Positions 56,818 through 64,000 of a DNA stretch of 64,000 bases are shown here, piece after piece. Position numbers and translations under genes: made by a program. The DNA comes from an uncultured Chloroflexia bacterium (GTDB taxonomy: Bacteria; Chloroflexota; Limnocylindria; Limnocylindrales; CSP1-4), in assembly GCA_963778815.1 (NCBI GenBank), contig CAVZVS010000003.1, forward strand, positions 72,895 to 136,894. The letters run 5' to 3'. The notes beneath the pieces were generated by a model, which was not told the DNA's origin, made no database searches, and saw only the letters and a list, made by a program, of their open reading frames with translations. Numbering within the stretch: position 1 is the stretch's first letter; every line of letters starts with the position of its first letter.

Positions 56818-58250
56818 CGGCTGCCCGCCCGACGGTCGCCATCGACGGTCCGGCGTCATCGGGCAAGAGCAGCGTCGGCGCCGCCGCCGCCGGCCAGCTC
56901 GGCTACCGCTTCTGCGACACGGGTCTGCTCTACCGGGCACTGACCGGCCTCGCCCTCAAGCGCGGGGCGGACCTGAGCGATCCGGCGGCACTCGTCCCGC
57001 TGGTCGGCCAGGTCCAGCTCGCCGCCGACGACGAGGGTCGCCTCGCCCGGGTGATGGTCGACGGGGTCGATGTGACCGCCGAGGTCCGCGGCCCCGAAGT
57101 GGACCGCAGCGTCAGCGAGGTCGCCCGCGTCCCCGAGGTCCGGGCCGCGCTCCTCGAACGCCAGCGGGCGCTTGCGGCGGACGGTGGGATCGTGATGGCC
57201 GGGCGGGACATCGGGACGGTCGTCCTGCCCGACGCGGATCTCAAGATCTTCCTTGACGCATCGGCCGAGGAGCGAGCCCGGCGCCGGACCGAGGAGCGCG
57301 GTCTGGCCCCCGACTCGAGCGAGGCCGAGGACATCCTGGCCGATCTGCGCCGGCGCGACGCGCTAGATCGCGACCGTGCCGTGGCCCCGCTCAGGGCGGC
57401 CGACGACGCGACGATCATCGCCACCGACGGCAACACCTTCGAGCAGACCGTGGCCGCGGTCGTGGCCGCCATCCTGGCGGTCGACCCGCCACCCGTGCCG
57501 ACGCCTGCGCCGACTCCCACCAGGGCCAGGCCGACCAAGGCGAGGCCCCTGGCCGATGAGCGGACCTGGTTCATCCGGGCCACCGACCTGGTCGGTCGCG
57601 TCGTCTGGCGCCTCTTCGCCCGGATCGAGCTCCGCGGGATGGACAACCTGGAGGGCCTTGACGGCCCGATCCTGCTCGTCGCCAACCACATCTCGAACGC
57701 CGATCCGCCCCTGTTCGGGTCGTTCGTCACTCCCGCCCTCGGTCGGCGGATCTACTGGCTGGGCAAGCAGGAGGCGCTCGACTGGCCGATCGTGGGCAAG
57801 TTCATCGAGCTCAACGCGGTCATCGGGATCCAGCGCGGCGCGGCCGACGTCGATGCCTTCCGAACCGCCAAGCGAGTTCTCGACGAAGGTCACTGCCTGA
57901 TCGTCTTCCCGGAGGGGACGCGCAGCCCGACCGGTAGGCTCCAGGAAGCCAAGGAAGGGACGACCATCCTGGCCCTCCGAACGGGGGCCCGGATCGTGCC
58001 CATCGGCATCTCGGGCACACCCCAGGTCTGGCCGCGCGGTCAGAAGCTGCCCCATCCGACCCGCCGTCGGGTCACCTTGAGCGTCGGCAAGCCGTTCACG
58101 GTCAGCGCACCCGGCGCCGGGGCCGAGCGACGAGCCGCCCAGGTCGCCGCGACGACCGAGATCATGGGTCGGATCGCCGCGCTCCTGCCGCCCGAGCAGC
58201 GTGGCTTCTACGCCGACACCGAGGGGCCGCTCGGGGACCCCGTGCGATAA
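56814..58250 (+). CDS. cmk: Cytidylate kinase fused to 1-acyl-sn-glycerol-3-phosphate acyltransferase
   Basis: AIDGPASSGKS, DTGLLYR, GRDIGTVV. Pro/Thr linker, then NHISNAD, FPEGTRS, IVPIGI. Confidence 0.9.
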   Translation: MTAARPTVAIDGPASSGKSSVGAAAAGQLGYRFCDTGLLYRALTGLALKRGADLSDPAALVPLVGQVQLAADDEGRLARVMVDGVDVTAEVRGPEVDRSVSEVARVPEVRAALLERQRALAADGGIVMAGRDIGTVVLPDADLKIFLDASAEERARRRTEERGLAPDSSEAEDILADLRRRDALDRDRAVAPLRAADDATIIATDGNTFEQTVAAVVAAILAVDPPPVPTPAPTPTRARPTKARPLADERTWFIRATDLVGRVVWRLFARIELRGMDNLEGLDGPILLVANHISNADPPLFGSFVTPALGRRIYWLGKQEALDWPIVGKFIELNAVIGIQRGAADVDAFRTAKRVLDEGHCLIVFPEGTRSPTGRLQEAKEGTTILALRTGARIVPIGISGTPQVWPRGQKLPHPTRRRVTLSVGKPFTVSAPGAGAERRAAQVAATTEIMGRIAALLPPEQRGFYADTEGPLGDPVR

Positions 58251-58258
58251 TCGAGGCG

Positions 58259-59248
58259 ATGGGTACCGTTCGCGACGTCAGGATCGCCAAGCGCACCGGC
58301 TTCTGCTATGGCGTTCGGGAGGCGATCGACAAGGCCAAGGAGTCCGCCGCTGCGGGCAAGGCGACCCATACCCTGGGCCAGGTCGTCCACAACGAGGGGG
58401 TCATCCGCGATCTCGAGCAGATCGGGGTCGAGACGGTCGAGACCCTCGACGACGTCGATCACGGTGCCGCGGTCGTCATCCGGGCCCACGGCGTCCGGCC
58501 GGAGGTCATGGAGCGGGCCGCCGCGCGCGGCCTCGAGGTCATCGATGGGACGTGCACCTGGGTGATCCAGGAGCAGCGCGAGCTCGTCCGGCTGGTCGAG
58601 GAGGGCTACACCATCGTCCTGCTCGGCACGCCCAAGCACCCCGAGGTCGTCGGTCTGCTCGGCTTCGCGCCCGATGCGATCGTCGTCGACGAAGAGGACG
58701 ACTGGGGACTCATCCCGCGGCGCAAGAAGATGGCCCTCATCTCGCAGAGCACCCAGCCGCCCTGGAAGTTCGAGAAGCTGGCCGGCTACATGGTCTCGCG
58801 CAGCCACGAACTCAAGATCGTCAACACCGTCTGCCCGGTCACCATCCGCCGCCAGGAGGACACCCTGGAGACGGCCCGAGAGGTCGACCTGATGGTCGTC
58901 GTCGGTGGGCGCTCGTCGGCCAACACCAAGGAACTGACCCGGCTGTGCGAGATCGCCGGGACCCACGCCGTCCAGATCGAGAGCGTGCGCGACCTGATCG
59001 ATCCGTCCGTGTTCGGGTCTGCCGAGGTCGTCGGGGTGACCGGCGGGACGTCGACCCCGATCGAGGATCTCCAGGCGGTCGTCGAGCGTATCCTCGAGCT
59101 GGCCGGTACGGAGGCCGCGGCCGCCGACGCCCACGGCCTGGCCATGGCCGCCCTGCTCGCGGCGGCCACGCCAGCCGGGCGGACGACCTCGCTGCCCACC
59201 CGCGATTCGAACGCCGGTCGACCGCGGCGCGGCCTGAGCCGCTGGTGA
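58259..59248 (+). CDS. ispH: 4-hydroxy-3-methylbut-2-enyl diphosphate reductase
   Basis: GFCYGV, VHN, IRAHG, DGTC, HPEV, NTVC, SSANT, GGTSTP. Confidence 0.93.
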   Translation: MGTVRDVRIAKRTGFCYGVREAIDKAKESAAAGKATHTLGQVVHNEGVIRDLEQIGVETVETLDDVDHGAAVVIRAHGVRPEVMERAAARGLEVIDGTCTWVIQEQRELVRLVEEGYTIVLLGTPKHPEVVGLLGFAPDAIVVDEEDDWGLIPRRKKMALISQSTQPPWKFEKLAGYMVSRSHELKIVNTVCPVTIRRQEDTLETAREVDLMVVVGGRSSANTKELTRLCEIAGTHAVQIESVRDLIDPSVFGSAEVVGVTGGTSTPIEDLQAVVERILELAGTEAAAADAHGLAMAALLAAATPAGRTTSLPTRDSNAGRPRRGLSRW

Positions 59249-60910
59249 ACGCGCTGCCGATCGTCGCCGTGGTCGGTCGTCCGAACGTCGGCAAGAGCAC
59301 CCTGTTCAATCGGGTCCTCGGCACGCGCCACGCCATCGTCGAAGATCGGGCCAGGACCACCCGAGATCGGCTGTACGGTGAGAGCGAGTGGAACGGTCGA
59401 CGATTCCTGATCGTCGATACCGGCGGCCTCGAACTCGATCCGGACGATCCGATCGAGGCGCGCGTCCAGGAGCAGGCTCGACTGGCCATCGCCGAGGCGG
59501 ACGTCATCGTCTTCGTGGTCGATGCGATGACCGGCATCACCCCGCCCGATCTCGAGGCGGCCGAGCTGCTCCGCCGGGCCAAGTCGCCCGGTCCTGGTCG
59601 CGGTCAACAAGGCCGACAACGATCGACGCGAGCTCGAGGCGGCCGAGTTCTACGCACTCGGTTGGGACGAGACCTACGCCATCAGCGCGGCCCACGGACG
59701 GGGAACCGGCGATCTCCTCGACGCCATCGTGTGGGCGCTGCCCGTCGAGTCGCCCGAGGAGCTCATCCGCAAGACCCGTGAAGCCGAGGCCGAGCAATGG
59801 GCCCGCGACATGGCCGACGGTTTCCTCGAACCGCAGGTGGTCGGCGACCAGCCCCTCGACGGTGACGACGGGGAGGACGGCGAGGACGCCGACGGCGACG
59901 AACCCGACGGCGAGGACTTCGGGGCGAACCGGGCGCTCGACGCCGAGGCGCGCAAGTGGGACGCCGCGATCGCCGCCGAGGCCGAGGACGCGCCGGTGGC
60001 GATCGCCATCGTCGGTCGACCGAACGTCGGCAAGTCGAGCCTGCTCAACTCGCTCCTCGGCGAGGAGCGCTCGATCGTCAGCGATATCCCGGGGACGACC
60101 CGCGATGCGATCGACACGACCCTGGCCTACGGCCGCAGCGAGGTCGTCCTGATCGACACCGCCGGGATGCGTCGCCGGGGCAAGGTCGCCGGCGGCCTCG
60201 ACTCGGAGAAGTACTCGGCCCTGCGCGCACTTCGGGCCATCGCCCGCTGCGATGTCGCGATCCTGGTCCTCGATGCCGTCGACGGGCTGACCGCCCAGGA
60301 TGCCCATGTCGCCGGCTATGTCGCCGAGGAGGGCAAGGGCCTGATCGTGGCCATCAACAAATGGGATCTGCTCGAGGACAAGACGGATCGGACCTTCGAC
60401 GAGTACGTCAAGACCATCCGCCGTGACGTGCCCTTCCTGGACTTCGCCCCGGTCGTGTCGATCAGCGCCAAGACCGGCCAGCGTGTCGGGCGCGTCCTCG
60501 AGGCCGCCGTCGACGTCTGGGGCGAGCGTCGCAAACGGGTCTCGACCGGCGAGCTCAACCGTCTCCTGGTCGAAGCGGCTCGTCGCCAGACCCCGCCGCT
60601 GGTCAAGAACAAGCGACCCAAGATCTTCTACGGGACCCAGGCCGGGGTCGCCCCGCCGACGTTCGTGATCTTCGCCCGCGAGGCCGGCAGCGTCCACTTC
60701 AGCTACCGGCGCTTCCTCGAGAACCAGCTGCGCGAGGCGTACGGCTTTGACGGGACCCCCATCCGACTGATCTTCCGCGAACGCAGCTCGGTCGAGCTGC
60801 CCCGTCGGCGCCGGGCGGGTGGCGCGGGCGCGAAGGCCAACACCAAGGGCGGCGTCTCGACCGGCAAGAAGGCGGCTCGATCAGCCGCCAAGGGCAGCCG
60901 CCGGGCGTGA
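59245..60910 (+). CDS. der: Ribosome biogenesis GTPase Der/EngA (frameshift near 59590)
   Basis: Two G domains (GRPNVGKSTLFN, DTGG; GRPNVGKSSL, DTAG, NKWD) and a KH-like end (YRRFLENQLR..FDGTPI). Confidence 0.94.
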
Positions 60911-61949
60911 CCGCGGGACCGCCGGTCGCGGTCGTCGGGAGCGGTGCGTGGGGCACGACGCTCGCGATCCTCCTCGCCAGACGCGAGCCGACGGTCCTTC
61001 TGGCCCGTTCCGAGGAGAGCGGCCGCCCGGCTGGCGGCAGACCGGGCCAACGACCGGCGTCTGCCCGGCATCGCATTCCCGGCCTGGCTGTCGGTGTCGG
61101 CCGACCTGGCCGTCCTCGGTTCGGCTGAGCTGGTCGTCTTCGCCGTCCCGTCGGGTCATCTCCGGGCGGAGGTCGCCCGGCTGGCCCCGTCGCTGCTCGC
61201 CGACCGCCGACATCGTGTCGGTCGTCAAGGGCCTCGAAACGGGCACGCTCTTCCGGATGAGCCAGGTCATCGCCGACGCCGGGGAACTCGATCCTGCCCG
61301 GATCGCAGTCCTGTCCGGGCCGAACCTGGCCCTCGAGATCGCCCGGGGTCTGCCGGCCTCGGCCGTCGTCGCCGCGGAGGATCAAGCGCTGGCGCAACGC
61401 GTCCAGGCCCGGCTTCGGCGGCGTCGGTTCCGGCTCTACGTCAACGAGGACCTGGTCGGGGTCGAGTTGTGCGGCGCCCTCAAGAACGTGGTGGCGATCG
61501 CGGCGGGCGCCGCCGAGGAACTCGGCTTCGGTGATAACGGCAAGGCCGGCCTGATGACCCGTGGGCTGGCCGAGATGACCCGCCTGGGGATCGCGGCGGG
61601 TGCCAACCCCTTGACCTTCGCCGGACTGGCCGGGATCGGTGACGTGATCGCGACGTGCGGCTCACCGCTGTCGCGCAACCATCGACTGGGGGTGGAGCTG
61701 GCCCGCGGCCGGTCCTGGACCGACATCGAGGCGGATCTGCCCGGGGTCGCCGAGGGTGCCTACACGGTCGACGCGGCGATCGCCCTGGCCGACCGCTACG
61801 GCGTCGAGATGCCCATCGCCCGCGAGGTCCATCGGGCCCTGTTTGAAGGCAAGAGCGCCAAGCGCTGCCTGGTCGACCTGCTCGCTCGCGAGTCGACCGA
61901 CGAGCTGGCCGACTACCGGACCTGGATGGCCACCCTCGAACCGACCTGA
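60907..61949 (+). CDS. gpsA: NAD(P)H-dependent glycerol-3-phosphate dehydrogenase (frameshifts near 61020 and 61203)
   Basis: VVGSGAWGT, FAVPS, KGLE, LSGPNLA, GVELCGALKNV, GLAGIGD, SRN, AEG. Confidence 0.92.
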
Positions 61950-61962
61950 GTCACGTCTCTGC

Positions 61963-61968
61963 TAGACT
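61963..61968 (+). promoter_or_regulatory. Extended -10 promoter of tRNA-Pro
   Basis: TGC-TAGACT 11 nt upstream of the tRNA 5' end. Confidence 0.55.
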
Positions 61969-61979
61969 CCGGCTCTCGT

Positions 61980-62056
61980 CGGGGCGTGGCGCAGTCTGGT
62001 AGCGCACCAGTCTGGGGGACTGGTGGTCGTCGGTTCAAATCCGGCCGCCCCGACCA
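61980..62056 (+). tRNA. tRNA-Pro(GGG)
   Basis: CGGGGCG/CGCCCCG acceptor stem, D-arm GCGCAGTCTGGTAGCGC, anticodon arm CCAGT-CTGGGGG-ACTGG, GGTTCAAATCC T-loop, encoded CCA. Confidence 0.97.
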
Positions 62057-62071
62057 CTTTCTGAGCACAAA

Positions 62072-62105
62072 CAGAGGCCCGCGGGCATCGCCCTTCGGGC
62101 CTCTG
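62072..62105 (+). terminator. Hairpin after tRNA-Pro
   Basis: CAGAGGCCCG...CGGGCCTCTG inverted repeat. Confidence 0.6.
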
Positions 62106-62196
62106 ACCACGGTTGTCTGACCTCGATTTCGGACGACAGACCCCGGCGTACCGTCGGTCGCTCCCTTAGTGGACGCGGGACGGCCGTCGAAGTTGA

Positions 62197-63541
62197 GTGA
62201 TCAACGCCCGCGACTTCGGCGTGATCGTGCTGGCCGATCGGCACGATGGCGTAGCTCGACGCATCGGCGAGGCCCTGGAGCGTGTACTGGTCAGACGACA
62301 GGCCGCCCGGCGGGCAGTCGACCACCGTCTCCGGCCGGGTCGATGCGTCACAAGGCCCGACGTCCGAGGCGTGTGGACGTCGGAGCGCTCTGACCCGAGC
62401 GGACTTCGCCACTGCACTGAAACGCCACGGGCTCAGCGCGGCACACGTCGACGAGTGGTTCGGGGACCCGGACAACAGCGGCTACCGCATCTTCGAGATC
62501 GAGATCGGGAATGGCCGCTGGTTGGAGAATGAGATCGTTCAAGGCGTCACCGTCGGCGGTTGGGCCGGAGACTTCGTGCCCGCAAGTGGGGACACGGTCG
62601 TCGCCACGGACGATTCGCTTCACTGCGCTGTCACTTACGGCGTCGGCCGAGATGGGGGCACGCTCTCTGTCCGCGTCGCGCATGACGCTTGCCCCGATCC
62701 GGACGACCTGTCGATCCAGACAGTGATTTACGAGTCGTCGACCTTCCGGCTCGTCCAAGCAGCCGATTGGACCCCGCCCACACCGGCACCGCAGCCGCCT
62801 GTGTCGCCCAGCGATGGACCGCCGACGAGCCAGGCGTCGACCGCCAGTACGCGCCAGACGGTTCACCCGATCGGCACGGTCAAAGGTGCGCCGCTCGGCT
62901 ACTTCGAATATCTCCCGCCGGACTACGGCACGCAGCCGAGCCCGCTGCTCGTGTTCCTGCACGGCTCGGGCGAGAGCGGCGCTGGTGACGAGGAGTCCCT
63001 GGCCAAACTTACGGCCACCGGCATCCCCTCGTTCATCGCCAGCAACAAGTGGCCCGATGCGCGCCCATTCGTGGTCCTTGCGCCGCAGCACAAAGAGGAC
63101 CCGCCGTCGTACTGCATGGAAGCCAAGGAGATCGATGCGTTCCTGCGCTTCGCGATGGCGCACTACGACGTGGATCCCAAGCGGATCTACCTGACCGGCC
63201 TGAGCTGTGGCGCGATCGGGCTCTGGAACTATCTCGCGGTACACAGCGATGAGCTGGTCGCTGCCGCGGTCCCCATCGCTGGCTATGGGATCGGCCCAGT
63301 GGAGTTCGCCGGCTGCAACATCGCGCGCGTGCCGATCTGGGCATTCCACGGCAGCGCCGACGAGAACGTCCCCGTTCGTGGCGACGTCTACCCGGTGACG
63401 ACGCTCCAAGCGTGCACGGATCCGCCACCCGTCGATGCTCGAGTCAAGGTCTACGTGGGCGAGCACCACGACGTGTGGAACGAGACATATGACCCGCCGC
63501 CGTACGACATCTACGCTTGGATGCTCAGCCACCACAAATGA
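62197..63541 (+). CDS. Probable lipoprotein with C-terminal alpha/beta hydrolase (predicted peptidase/esterase); 5' part frameshifted
   Basis: YLPPDY, LLVFLHGSGE, VVLAPQ, RIYLTGLSCGA, PIWAFHGSADENV, HDVW. The N-terminal pieces are spread over three frames. Confidence 0.75.
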
Positions 63542-63685
63542 CCGGCGACTATGCAGACGTCGGCAGGAATTGGTCGCACCTGGTCGGCCTGCTGATCGCC
63601 TCGGGAGCTCACCCGATCGCTCGGGTTCACCAGCTGAGAGTGGGTCGTCCGACCGATCCGACGCCCGTCCCGCTAGCCTATCGGG

Positions 63686-63720
63686 GAGCCCCACCTCCTT
63701 CCCCCCGGACGGTGGGGCTC
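63686..63720 (-). terminator. Hairpin between convergent genes
   Basis: GAGCCCCACC...GGTGGGGCTC 10-bp inverted repeat just past the minus-strand stop at 63726. Confidence 0.55.
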
Positions 63721-63725
63721 AGCTC

Positions 63726-64000
63726 TCAGGCGTCGGTGTCGGCTGGGGCGTGTGGAGTGGGTTCTGGCGTAGGGGTGGCCGGCGGCGTCGGTGTCGGCGC
63801 GGCGGTCGGAGCGGCGGTCGCGCTCGGCTCCCAGCCACCCGATGGCAGGACGGCATCTGAGGCGAGCGGGACGATCGCCACGAACTGACCTTCGAGGCGG
63901 TCGTCGAGGCGGGCGTCGTGATACGGCGTGAAGTTCTTGCCAAGTGAGCTCATGTACAAGCGCATGCCGGGTCGATAGACCCGATGGTTCGCCGAGTGGT
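63726..64000 (-). CDS. 3' end of a hypothetical protein with Pro/Thr-rich tail (start outside window)
   Basis: ...RLYMSSLGKNFTPYHDARLDDRLEGQFVAIVP...PTAAPTPTPPATPTPEPTP*. Confidence 0.6.
   Translation of the reverse strand, partial: HSANHRVYRPGMRLYMSSLGKNFTPYHDARLDDRLEGQFVAIVPLASDAVLPSGGWEPSATAAPTAAPTPTPPATPTPEPTPHAPADTDA

Noticed and set aside
56037-58250. Apparent RluB-Cmk-PlsC triple fusion in the ORF track
   Set aside because: Caused by a frameshift near 56468. The RluB C-terminus ends at 56817 in another frame and cmk has its own ATG at 56814.
1-64000. CRISPR arrays, rRNA, riboswitches/T-boxes before hisS, aspS and alaS
   Set aside because: No spaced direct repeats or rRNA-like tracts were seen. 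The synthetase genes have -10 boxes directly before the start, leaving no room for leaders.

Overview
GC-rich (~70% by eye) bacterial chromosomal segment, densely coded and almost all on the + strand. Gene content and protein style suggest Chloroflexota, possibly Limnocylindria/Ellin6529-like (inference). It is mostly core genome: tyrA, a REC-CpaE/MinD regulator, comM-dprA, topA-xerC, murJ-femX-murE, rel, hisS, aspS, typA, iscS-mnmA, alaS, an FtsA-like ATPase plus a membrane-anchored baseplate-J-like protein, ruvX-mltG-pepP-efp-xseAB-dxs-tlyA-nadK-recN-xerD, scpAB-rluB-cmk/plsC-ispH-der-gpsA and tRNA-Pro(GGG), then accessory genes. No CRISPR, rRNA, prophage or IS was seen. Many essential genes carry single-base frameshifts, most likely assembly errors. 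The most interesting signals are: (1) an orphan FtsA-like ATPase plus bitopic baseplate-J-like protein with no phage or ftsZ context; (2) pervasive -10 boxes 6-10 nt before start codons, suggesting leaderless mRNAs; (3) MurE with an EDPR motif next to FemX, suggesting non-DAP bridged peptidoglycan; (4) a CpaE-comM-dprA-Ig/CAP competence-like cluster; (5) an Arg32 EF-P; (6) a degenerate MocA-like protein.
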